A DNA stretch of 64,000 nt from a virus. A program made the translations under genes and the position numbers. Under the pieces are notes generated by a model. That model worked only from the letters and a program-made list of their open reading frames with translations. It searched no databases and was not told the origin of the DNA. Shown here piece by piece: positions 50,484 to 58,279 of the stretch. Location: the IMG/VR virus record IMGVR_UViG_3300025108_000024, positions 28,306-92,305 of that record. One strand, 5' to 3'. Position 1 is the first letter of the stretch, and each line of letters starts with the position of its first letter.

Positions 50484-50767
50484 TACTCTATTTCTTTAAT
50501 TATAGCAAACACGTCTCCTGCATTAATTAATAAATGTTTTGATCCATTGTGTTCTACCTCTTGAGGAACAGAATATTCTGCATATTGCACTAAATCATCT
50601 ACAACAATTTCTTGTACTTCTGCACCAACTCCAACAACAAAACCTTTGTATTCTTTCTCTAATGCAGAATCAGGAATTATTATATTAGTACCTGGTACAG
50701 TTCTAACTGCCTCCTTTGGTCTTATTAGAACTTTTTTTCCAACTGGTACAATCTTTGTTTTTTTCAT
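50483..50767 (-). CDS. groES: Co-chaperonin GroES (Cpn10)
   Basis: IVPVGKKVLI...IIIPDSA...G.VVGVG...V.D.V.Y...LLINAGDVFA. Confidence 0.88.
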   Translation of the reverse strand: MKKTKIVPVGKKVLIRPKEAVRTVPGTNIIIPDSALEKEYKGFVVGVGAEVQEIVVDDLVQYAEYSVPQEVEHNGSKHLLINAGDVFAIIKEIE

Positions 50768-50841
50768 CTTTATTATTTTTTGGTTTTAATATTAAGGGTT
50801 CATCCCAATAACAGAATACCCATTCTTGTTTACTACTCATT

Positions 50842-51360
50842 TTATAATTGATCATATGCTAATCCAGCACCACCTCTAACGGAACTTTCTTGTTCTTGTT
50901 TCATATCACTAAACGCTCCTTTATAAGATTGTCTAATTTGCTCAAACTTGGCAGCAGCATTAATCATAGAATTCATATTACCATCTCTTCCATGTTCAAT
51001 TGGTGTTACTTCCATGTATCTAGCCAATCTATCAAGCATAGCTTTTATACCTACATAAGCTCTATAGGTAGGTGTCTCATACATTTTTTTACACATATCA
51101 ATTGAGTATCTAATTTTAGAATCTTCAGGTGACTCTTCCAAACCTATCTCTTCAATTATTATATCTTCTTTCTCATGTTCTGGTAAATTAAAGAAAGGAT
51201 TTAAATCTGGATTTGGACAAGTCATATAAAATAAATATTGATATATACTCATATAACTATCAGGATACTGCTCCATTAAATCTTTTAAGAAATTTAAAGT
51301 ATAACAGTGTTCTGTTGGAATTACTTTTCCATTTTGTACATCAAATAATCTAACTATCAT
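50842..51360 (-). CDS. Conserved protein upstream of terminase (possible small terminase subunit)
   Basis: 172 aa, helical, ends SSVRGG; function inferred from position only. Confidence 0.4.
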   Translation of the reverse strand: MIVRLFDVQNGKVIPTEHCYTLNFLKDLMEQYPDSYMSIYQYLFYMTCPNPDLNPFFNLPEHEKEDIIIEEIGLEESPEDSKIRYSIDMCKKMYETPTYRAYVGIKAMLDRLARYMEVTPIEHGRDGNMNSMINAAAKFEQIRQSYKGAFSDMKQEQESSVRGGAGLAYDQL

Positions 51361-51650
51361 GGTTCTTCAGTTTTAGGTTCTTCCAGTAATGCTTTAATAT
51401 CTGCATAAGTTCCTTTAACATCCATTTCTGAAAAAAAGGCAGCTACTACGGGACCTGGCCCACCTGAGAATTGTAAAGGACCACCTGCTAAATATAAAGT
51501 TGTAACATTATCATTAAAATTTATATTAGATTCATTTTTTTTCATGTATGCTATAATAAAGTTAGTTTCTATAGTAACTAATACTTCACTGTATGCTATT
51601 AAACCTTTATTTGAATTTTGTATTAATCTTGTTAATTCTATCTTTGCCAT
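51357..51650 (-). CDS. Hypothetical protein
   Basis: ORF coupled to neighbours on both sides. Confidence 0.55.
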   Translation of the reverse strand: MAKIELTRLIQNSNKGLIAYSEVLVTIETNFIIAYMKKNESNINFNDNVTTLYLAGGPLQFSGGPGPVVAAFFSEMDVKGTYADIKALLEEPKTEEP

Positions 51651-52465
51651 TATTTCTTATTGTCTTTAAACCACATTATAAGATTCCTTACTTCATCTTT
51701 TAAGTATGGTAATTTATACATTTTAACTTCTTGTATCACAGGTTCTCCATTGACTTTTTCATTTATTGGATAACCATTTTTATCTGTACCAACTTGTTTA
51801 AATTTAACATGCTGTACCACTAGATCACCTATCTTCAGTTTAGGGTTGTGCTTTTTAATAATATACGCATAAATACTGAGTTGTAAGTTATAATGATTCA
51901 AATTACAATCATCTAAATGATTAACAGGGTTATAAAGTTTAGATGTAATACCCTCCCAATTAGTAAAACCTTTTTCTTTTATTTCCTTGTTTGTTTTGTA
52001 ATCTGTTATATTTATATAGCCATTTACAACCTCAACTAAATCAGCTTGACCACAAAGACCAACTGATTTTAAATATACTAAATGTTCAGGATATACACCT
52101 TCTTCAATTTTCTGGACTGGTGCAATTTTAATTCCGTCATCATTAATAATAGGCTTAATGATAGGGACTTCTACTCCATGTCTTCCTATTGTTTTAAGAT
52201 CTAACATATCTGATTCACGTTGATTATGATACCAGTTACCTAAGCCTATAGCTCTATCTGTTTCATTGCTCCAAGCAAGAAGTATTTCTTTTTCAGTCAT
52301 ACCATACCACTTGGATCTTTTATTTTTAGCAGATTTTTTTGCTTGTCCTTTAGCATCAAACTTAGGTTTAAATTTTCCTATAAATGATGTGACACTTGTC
52401 CAATTTATTTTGTCTTGGTCAGAGCTTTCATAAACATGCCCTTCTTCTTTAAATATAATAGCCAT
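51650..52465 (-). CDS. PD-(D/E)xK exonuclease
   Basis: SVTSFI, GNWYH, E..V...LCGQADLV...ITDYKT, YNLQLSIY; likely start MAIIFKE at 52465. Confidence 0.85.
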   Translation of the reverse strand: MAIIFKEEGHVYESSDQDKINWTSVTSFIGKFKPKFDAKGQAKKSAKNKRSKWYGMTEKEILLAWSNETDRAIGLGNWYHNQRESDMLDLKTIGRHGVEVPIIKPIINDDGIKIAPVQKIEEGVYPEHLVYLKSVGLCGQADLVEVVNGYINITDYKTNKEIKEKGFTNWEGITSKLYNPVNHLDDCNLNHYNLQLSIYAYIIKKHNPKLKIGDLVVQHVKFKQVGTDKNGYPINEKVNGEPVIQEVKMYKLPYLKDEVRNLIMWFKDNKK

Positions 52466-52467
52466 AA

Positions 52468-52557
52468 TTATAGTGTTGTTGTAGTGTACCACCACAAACC
52501 TTCTGTGTTAGCTTCTACAGTTATTGTTTCTTCTTTGTATATGTAATTAATCTTCAT
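52468..52557 (-). CDS. Small hypothetical protein (29 aa, MKINYIYKEETITVEANTEGLWWYTTTTL)
   Basis: Fills the gap exactly and overlaps the upstream stop. Confidence 0.4.
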   Translation of the reverse strand: MKINYIYKEETITVEANTEGLWWYTTTTL

Positions 52558-52864
52558 CTGTTATATCAGTTAAAAGTTCTTCTTGATCTTCTGTAATTAA
52601 TGCTTCCCACTTATCTTGAGGACAGCTAGAAGATAAAGACCTTGTTTTAAATTTTAAACTACAACCACAGTCAGAACAGCACGGTTGTGTACCAGGAGCA
52701 AAACAGTTAACTCCTTGATTATCAAGTTCTTTGCAATTTTTACAAATATTAAATCTTTCTTTTGCTACTTTTTCTACTTCTTCTTTTGTAAAAATAGTAT
52801 TCAATACACCTTCAGTAATCTTATCAAAACTTCTAAGTGCGTTTATTAGATTTTTTATTTTCAT
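52547..52864 (-). CDS. Cys-rich metal-binding protein
   Basis: R..ICKNC...C...CCSDCGC.L..K......CP..KW. Confidence 0.65.
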   Translation of the reverse strand: MKIKNLINALRSFDKITEGVLNTIFTKEEVEKVAKERFNICKNCKELDNQGVNCFAPGTQPCCSDCGCSLKFKTRSLSSSCPQDKWEALITEDQEELLTDITDED

Positions 52865-53219
52865 TTCTTTTTTGCTTAAACTCTTTTTTTTCTTTCTCTA
52901 AACCTTCTATTAACTCTTTAGCATTTTGTAGCATATCTAATTTTTCTACAACACCTATATGTTTTTCATAACCTTTATATGTGTTTTTAACTAAATTACC
53001 TAAGATGCTTTTATTCTTCTTAATTGTTTTATTAAGTATTTTTTTTCTTAAATGAAAAGTACCTAATCCATATACTGTAATACTTGGATATGTTATATTA
53101 GATAAATTTTTTCTAAGCTTAGCATAATAAAAAGTTATAAAGTCTTCCACCACTTCTGGATGAACACCTACTTCTTCTGCTATTCCTTTTTTGAATTCTT
53201 TATGACTCTTGGGTCTCAA
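52833..53219 (-). CDS. HU/IHF-like DNA-binding protein
   Basis: IAEEVGV....VE.FI...SITVYGLGTF. Confidence 0.7.
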   Translation of the reverse strand: MRPKSHKEFKKGIAEEVGVHPEVVEDFITFYYAKLRKNLSNITYPSITVYGLGTFHLRKKILNKTIKKNKSILGNLVKNTYKGYEKHIGVVEKLDMLQNAKELIEGLEKEKKEFKQKRNENKKSNKRT

Positions 53220-53571
53220 TACCTAAAATTTTATAATCCAATAAAACAGGACCGGTTATTTGTACATTCATATCTTTATTTAAAAAAATCTTCTTTCTAT
53301 TTTTCCCGTCTTTAGTTACAAGGTTCTTTTTGCTTGCTTTTGTTATTGCATTACGTGCTGACTGGGCACTTTTAAAAATACCCAAATCAGTCACGTCATT
53401 GCAAAATAAAGTAAGCTCTACTTTTTCAGTTTTAGCTAACTCAGCTAAACACTTTAGATCAGAATTACTAATCTGAATATTATTAAAAAAACAGTATGTA
53501 ACTATTTGATACTTTATTGTAGTATCTATGTTTACTTTTGCTTTTTGATCAACTTTATTTACTATTGCCAT
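53200..53571 (-). CDS. Probable winged-HTH DNA-binding protein
   Basis: SAQSARNAITKASKKNLVTKDG pattern. Confidence 0.45.
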   Translation of the reverse strand: MAIVNKVDQKAKVNIDTTIKYQIVTYCFFNNIQISNSDLKCLAELAKTEKVELTLFCNDVTDLGIFKSAQSARNAITKASKKNLVTKDGKNRKKIFLNKDMNVQITGPVLLDYKILGIETQES

Positions 53572-53572
53572 A

Positions 53573-54487
53573 TTATAAACTTAAAAGCATATCAATTAAA
53601 CTTGGATGAGGATATGCATCAAACTTATCCTTTCTCACATTAGTATGCGTTAATAATCCTTTTATTTTACCGTAGTATGCATCTTCTTGGAATTCAAATG
53701 CTTTATAAGGTCCAACTTTTTTAATCCACTGTACAAGACCTTCTCTTAAATCAATGTTATCTCTTTCACCCACATACCTTAACCATTTTTCTAACTCAAT
53801 AATTTGTTTGTCTGTATAGTTGTGCCATGTAGTAAATCCTTTAAAAGGTTCTTCCAAAGTACATATTTGTGATTCAAGTGCTCGGCTTCCTTGATATGCT
53901 TTACCATTTTTTAAGTAACCAAAATTGTTAATCTCTATTCCAACTGAATGACGGTTCATAAAACCTGATCCAGTTTTACCTAAGTGCCAACCTTGACATC
54001 CTTCTGGAAATGCTTGTACCATAACACCATCATACTCATCATCACCGTTTGTAATCTTTTGACCACCTAATACAAATTCCGTTGCTACTCGGCCACGTGT
54101 ATCTCTACCCCAATGATCAATTGTTTTATAAGGGTTATTCCAACCTGCTGTATGATGAATAAAAATATAGTCATTAGATATATTTCCTTTTACATACTCA
54201 CCTTTTGGTAAGAAGTATCTATGTATAATTTGACCATAGTTTGTTGTAAAGTGTTGCCCTCTGATGTCTGTATCCTCATCAATTGCTTCTTTCTCTGGAC
54301 CTCTACTTAGTAATAATGTCCAGGTATCATTCCCAACTACACCATCTGGATGTAAGCCTGCACCTAATTGAAACCTTACTACGTATTTTTTTGTAGTAGG
54401 ACCAAAGTCTCCGTCTGCTTTCACACCTAATAGGCGTTGTAGTTTCTTTACGGCTTCTCCTTTTGAGCCAAGACTTATCATTTCCAT
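53573..54487 (-). CDS. Endolysin: PG-binding domain plus N-acetylmuramoyl-L-alanine amidase (Amidase_2)
   Basis: GSKGEAVKKLQRLLG..ADGDFGP.T...FQ...DGVVG..TW; IFIHHTAG, WHLG, SVGIEI, THTNVRKDKFD. Confidence 0.9.
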   Translation of the reverse strand: MEMISLGSKGEAVKKLQRLLGVKADGDFGPTTKKYVVRFQLGAGLHPDGVVGNDTWTLLLSRGPEKEAIDEDTDIRGQHFTTNYGQIIHRYFLPKGEYVKGNISNDYIFIHHTAGWNNPYKTIDHWGRDTRGRVATEFVLGGQKITNGDDEYDGVMVQAFPEGCQGWHLGKTGSGFMNRHSVGIEINNFGYLKNGKAYQGSRALESQICTLEEPFKGFTTWHNYTDKQIIELEKWLRYVGERDNIDLREGLVQWIKKVGPYKAFEFQEDAYYGKIKGLLTHTNVRKDKFDAYPHPSLIDMLLSL

Positions 54488-54783
54488 TATGTGCGTTTTA
54501 GTTTTCTACGAGATTCTTCTTGCTCCATAGCAACTTTGAAGTCTGCTTCTGCACCTTCTTCATCTGTGCTATTGGTTTCATCTGCACCGTATGCTTGAGC
54601 TAAAAACATTTGTGCTTGCACACGTTCTGCTCTTGCCTTCTCAACATCCCTTAATAGTTCTTCATACTCTTTCTGAACTTTAAGATGCTTAATGTTTTCT
54701 TTGTAGAAATTAGTAATCTCTAATCTACGTGCTTGTAGTTCCTCCTTTGAAAGTTGAACTTCTTCTTGATTTTCCTTTGACAT
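54487..54783 (-). CDS. Hypothetical coiled-coil protein
   Basis: 98 aa, helical; AAACCAA leader; TAATG-coupled to the endolysin. Confidence 0.6.
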   Translation of the reverse strand: MSKENQEEVQLSKEELQARRLEITNFYKENIKHLKVQKEYEELLRDVEKARAERVQAQMFLAQAYGADETNSTDEEGAEADFKVAMEQEESRRKLKRT

Positions 54784-54856
54784 TTTATTTGGTTTTAAAT
54801 GTTATTCCAACAAATATAACCAAAAAGTTTAAATAAAAGAAGTTTAACGCACTTAT

Positions 54857-55291
54857 TTATAATTGGATTTTTAATCCTACGTGTAAATAGTTTAGATTAC
54901 GATTTATTTGAAGAACGCCTGCGGTTGCCCACAACCTCTTATATATTTTAAGATCTGCGCCTACTCTACCCATAATTAAAGTTGGGTTATGATTCAACCT
55001 GTAAGCTGGACCACCATACAGTCTAGATCTACCAAAAGGTACCTCATACTGTAAAAATGTATAAGTTGCACCATGGTGACCTTTACCCATTGCTAATATC
55101 CCAAGAAACATCTTGTCATATCCAACTTCTGCCACCACACCTCTTGCATGAAGACAAGCTACATAACCAATGGATGCTGACTTATTCTTATCTAACTTGT
55201 AGTGATGAGGTTTGGAAAATGGGCTACACTCTTGACTAAATGCAATACTGGTAATTAGAATACACAATACTACGGCTATTCTCTTAATCAT
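54857..55291 (-). CDS. Secreted protein, probable small outer-membrane beta-barrel
   Basis: Signal peptide MIKRIAVVLCILITSIAFS|Q; alternating beta-strands; terminal strand YLHVGLKIQL. Confidence 0.55.
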   Translation of the reverse strand: MIKRIAVVLCILITSIAFSQECSPFSKPHHYKLDKNKSASIGYVACLHARGVVAEVGYDKMFLGILAMGKGHHGATYTFLQYEVPFGRSRLYGGPAYRLNHNPTLIMGRVGADLKIYKRLWATAGVLQINRNLNYLHVGLKIQL

Positions 55292-55599
55292 GCTGTAAGT
55301 ATTTTATGAATGGCTGCACACTTCTCATACTCCTCTTTTTCTTGAAAGTATATAATTATGTTTTCTAAATCTGTGTTTGAAGGTCCATCATCTGTGTTAT
55401 GAGCTACAGCAGTATAAGAAAACATTTTATTATCATTTGCTCTTTCCTCAATTAAATCTGAGAAACTTATTTCTTCTGTGATTATTCTAAAAGAATTATT
55501 AAATGCCTGTTCCATTAGTGCATCCTCTTCTTCTATTTTTTCTATCTCAGACATCCCTGCAAAGATATCATCATCAAAGTCATCATAGTTATCATCCAT
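55288..55599 (-). CDS. Acidic protein with C-terminal UVR-like helical hairpin
   Basis: YFQEKEEYEKCAAIHKIL. Confidence 0.55.
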   Translation of the reverse strand: MDDNYDDFDDDIFAGMSEIEKIEEEDALMEQAFNNSFRIITEEISFSDLIEERANDNKMFSYTAVAHNTDDGPSNTDLENIIIYFQEKEEYEKCAAIHKILTA

Positions 55600-55618
55600 G
55601 TGTGTAGTTTATATAATC

Positions 55619-55628
55619 AATATACAAA
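55619..55628 (-). promoter_or_regulatory. Late promoter motif TTTGTATATT
   Basis: Exact copy upstream of the first minus-strand gene. Confidence 0.7.
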
Positions 55629-55894
55629 ATTAAATTATTATACTAAAACAGAATTACCAGAGAGATGACAATTAACATACGGGCAATGCACTAAAAAAAG
55701 AGTGAAACAAAAAATAATTTTTTTAATTTTTAATTTCTGAGTCCATAAACTATATATATTATTTAGTCCTCTGCCCCCCCGGCCCTGCAAAAGTTTTGTG
55801 TATGGCATTTTCAAGATGTCATAGGCTACGGCTCCCCTCCAATTAATTGACGGTGGTGTACCCCACCATAATGTATAACTTAAATTTTTAACAA

Positions 55895-56245
55895 ATGTCA
55901 AACAATTCAGTTTATTTCCGCAAGATGAGAATCAATGAGAACACTAAGAACGTGACCATTTATGTCACATCTAAACCACTGACACAGTCAGAAACCAACT
56001 TCCTTGGCTTTGACGTGACAGTCCGTGACCAAGATACTATTGTATCAGGTCAGCTTAACTTTGTTGATCCAAAGACCAAAAAGACCATGACTTCTAATCA
56101 CCCAATGGTGAAGAAGCTCAAGGCAACTAAGCCTGGAACAGAGATTAAAGGTTTCACCATCAATACTGACGCACCTGTGCGTAATATTGAAACTGGTGAT
56201 CCACTTCGTAATCTCTACTGGGTAGAAGCTGTTGCATCTGAATAG
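55895..56245 (+). CDS. First early gene, hypothetical beta-rich protein
   Basis: Clean ORF, visibly higher GC, rich in AAG/AAC codons. Confidence 0.75.
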   Translation: MSNNSVYFRKMRINENTKNVTIYVTSKPLTQSETNFLGFDVTVRDQDTIVSGQLNFVDPKTKKTMTSNHPMVKKLKATKPGTEIKGFTINTDAPVRNIETGDPLRNLYWVEAVASE

Positions 56246-56246
56246 A

Positions 56247-56400
56247 TGCACAGCTTGCCCGCAAGGGTTTGCACTATATGATTGACATGCATTGTTACGT
56301 CCATTCCAGGCGTGATGTGCATGTTACCCATATGATTACACAGTTTACGCTTAAACTACCTGGCTGGCGTTGAAAGTTACCAGGAACTGTGTTTATTTTA
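56247..56400 (+). ncRNA. Candidate structured RNA (three consecutive stem-loops)
   Basis: CCC-GCAA-GGG; GACATGCAT.GTTACGTC / GGCGTGAT.GTGCATGTT (G-U rich); ACACAGTT..CCTGG / CCAGG-AACTGTGT then a T-rich tail. Confidence 0.4.
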
Positions 56401-56650
56401 TTTGTTTGTGTGTTAAGTTGTAAAGATGTGACCATATATGCCATAATCATTGGTTGTATGTTCATCATAATTGCAGTCACACAGTATAATATAAATATAG
56501 CTATAATAGTTACGTGCACTCAACAAGCACTCTAATTATAATTGCATTGTGTATTATGTTCTTCTCTCTATGTATCTATATAAAGAGTAGTATTATATTA
56601 CCCGCAATATTGAACTCACCTAAAGCTGTAGAGCATTGTACTATTACATT

Positions 56651-56992
56651 ATGAATTTATTCAAAGAAAACGTTATACTGACCAAAAAATATACTAGATA
56701 TGGAGGAGACTCTGAATCAGTCTTAGGTCTTGTAACTGACCACAAAGGTTATACTTATCTTTACAGTGATGCTGAAACATTTAATAACCATACCATGGGA
56801 CTATGTAGGTTATTTAGTATAACTTCTTGTCCTGAATATACTAAATGGTTGTTTAGTAATTCCATGGACTTATTAAATATGATCCATGATGACTATCCTT
56901 ATGGTGACTTCTATAATGATAGAACTGTTCGTGATGGTAGAAAGAAAGAGTTTCTTTATCTACTAAAAAAACTTAATGAAGATTTAAACTAA
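56651..56992 (+). CDS. Hypothetical protein
   Basis: ORF; ATG 56651 chosen because it sits 7 nt after a repeat that also precedes the next gene. Confidence 0.65.
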   Translation: MNLFKENVILTKKYTRYGGDSESVLGLVTDHKGYTYLYSDAETFNNHTMGLCRLFSITSCPEYTKWLFSNSMDLLNMIHDDYPYGDFYNDRTVRDGRKKEFLYLLKKLNEDLN

Positions 56993-57020
56993 AAGCTGGA
57001 GAGCATCGTACTAAATCGTT

Positions 57021-57221
57021 ATGATTAAAACCAAAACAATGCTGGTAAGCGTAAGCACGTTTATAATAACAGTACTAATATTTAATACAATCGTATGGTA
57101 TCTAGAAGATACTTGGACATTCAAAGAATGCTTTGCTCATGGTGCAACCATTGGCATGTCAGTAATATTTGGATGGGTACCTGCTTATATAGTAGCAGAT
57201 GATTACTACAAACGTATTTAA
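57021..57221 (+). CDS. Small two-TM membrane protein
   Basis: Two hydrophobic segments. Confidence 0.65.
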   Translation: MIKTKTMLVSVSTFIITVLIFNTIVWYLEDTWTFKECFAHGATIGMSVIFGWVPAYIVADDYYKRI

Positions 57222-57434
57222 GATAATACCCGTGAAGCTAGCGGGAGTGTTAGGTGTCACTATGTACACTTAGAGGAATAGCCTGTCAGCTTATCTTCGT
57301 ACACGTTAGGTCAAAGTAGGGCCGTTGGGTTTGACATCCCTGAATTGTGTATTTGTCTTGTCTGTGGGATATGTAACAGTCACCGTCAACCGGGTAAACG
57401 GTCGTTAAGAGGTAACCATGCTCTTTATTTTTTC
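57220..57434 (+). ncRNA. Candidate structured ncRNA of about 210 nt ending in an intrinsic terminator
   Basis: GC-enriched gap lacking an ORF, with multiple nested stems (see findings). Confidence 0.5.
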
Positions 57435-57453
57435 ACCTTAAAACAAAAACATC

Positions 57454-57630
57454 ATGCTAACAAGAATCTTAGTAGTGCTATTAACAATATTTGTAGCATT
57501 CAACTGCTTTAGAGCAGGACATGATGCATCAACAAATGGAGATACTGCTAGTGCAGTATTACTCTTCATTATTGGAGTTGCATCGTTATATATACCATTA
57601 ATCCTAAAAGAAGAACCTAATAATACCTAA
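57454..57630 (+). CDS. Small two-TM membrane protein (58 aa)
   Basis: MLTRILVVLLTIFVAF...AVLLFIIGVASLYIPLIL; not in the ORF track. Confidence 0.65.
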   Translation: MLTRILVVLLTIFVAFNCFRAGHDASTNGDTASAVLLFIIGVASLYIPLILKEEPNNT

Positions 57631-57635
57631 ACATC

Positions 57636-57920
57636 ATGAGAATATATGTAAAAAACCCAGGCAGATTTGCTAAGTACAAGGGTCAAGTTGTACTAACACA
57701 CTTTCAAGACACTAATAATACTATAATCCGTGACAATTACGGAGATATACAACGTGTCAATACAGATAAGTTAGAAGCAATCAGTATTGTAGAGCTTAAT
57801 GAAGCTTTAGAATCTGATGAATCGTTACGTGAAGTAGCGTCACATGAAGAGTATATCACTGTTGGAGAACCCAAGTATGATGATGTATCTTACATGAAGT
57901 ATGTTGCATTACACTGTTAA
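57636..57920 (+). CDS. Hypothetical protein
   Basis: ORF followed by hairpin CAGGTAGGGTT-GTAT-AAACTCTACCTG. Confidence 0.65.
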   Translation: MRIYVKNPGRFAKYKGQVVLTHFQDTNNTIIRDNYGDIQRVNTDKLEAISIVELNEALESDESLREVASHEEYITVGEPKYDDVSYMKYVALHC

Positions 57921-57983
57921 ATTTATCAGGTAGGGTTGTATAAACTCTACCTGTTACATATCTTTACTTCAAACAATTAGATT

Positions 57984-58139
57984 ATGGAAGATCAAGAATG
58001 TACTTACAGCTATTACTTAGATGGACTAGAATATATTACTCCATCTTTAGATTATGCAATAGAAAAAACAGATAGAAAGACCATCGTTGCAAAATGTTAT
58101 GGTCTTAAACCAAAAATAATAGAATTAAATAATCTTTAA
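57984..58139 (+). CDS. Small hypothetical protein (51 aa)
   Basis: MEDQECTYSYYLDG...; fills the gap. Confidence 0.55.
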   Translation: MEDQECTYSYYLDGLEYITPSLDYAIEKTDRKTIVAKCYGLKPKIIELNNL

Positions 58140-58150
58140 AAACCAATTTT

Positions 58151-58279
58151 ATGTATAGACCAAAATTTAGTTTTCACGTAACCTTTGCTGAATTTATAGG
58201 CTTAGGTATAGCATGGCAAAGAGACCGTGTAGCAATTATCCTTCCCTTTGTAATGTTTGAAGTGTCATGGAGAAATTAG
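58151..58279 (+). CDS. Small hydrophobic protein (42 aa)
   Basis: MYRPKFSFHVTFAEFIGLGIAW...; AAACCAA leader. Confidence 0.55.
   Translation: MYRPKFSFHVTFAEFIGLGIAWQRDRVAIILPFVMFEVSWRN

Noticed and set aside
51650-52465. Cas4 / CRISPR-associated role for the nuclease
   Set aside because: Lacks the four-Cys Fe-S pattern of Cas4 and there is no array; called a generic PD-(D/E)xK nuclease.
5021-54850. AAGTTT repeats near several promoters (about 5030, 24568, 54825, 54840)
   Set aside because: Too short and AT-rich, with inconsistent spacing, to separate from background without statistics.
302-55239. Short plus-strand ORFs throughout the late region
   Set aside because: Antisense to long, well-supported minus-strand genes; no recognisable motifs.
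55638-56519. Minus-strand ORFs 55638-55901, 56045-56251 and 56295-56519
   Set aside because: They overlap the junction, an early gene or structured RNA, lie upstream of the first late promoter motif and show no protein motifs.
56622-57013. Mini CRISPR array
   Set aside because: Only two copies, separated by about 350 bp containing a gene; no cas genes.
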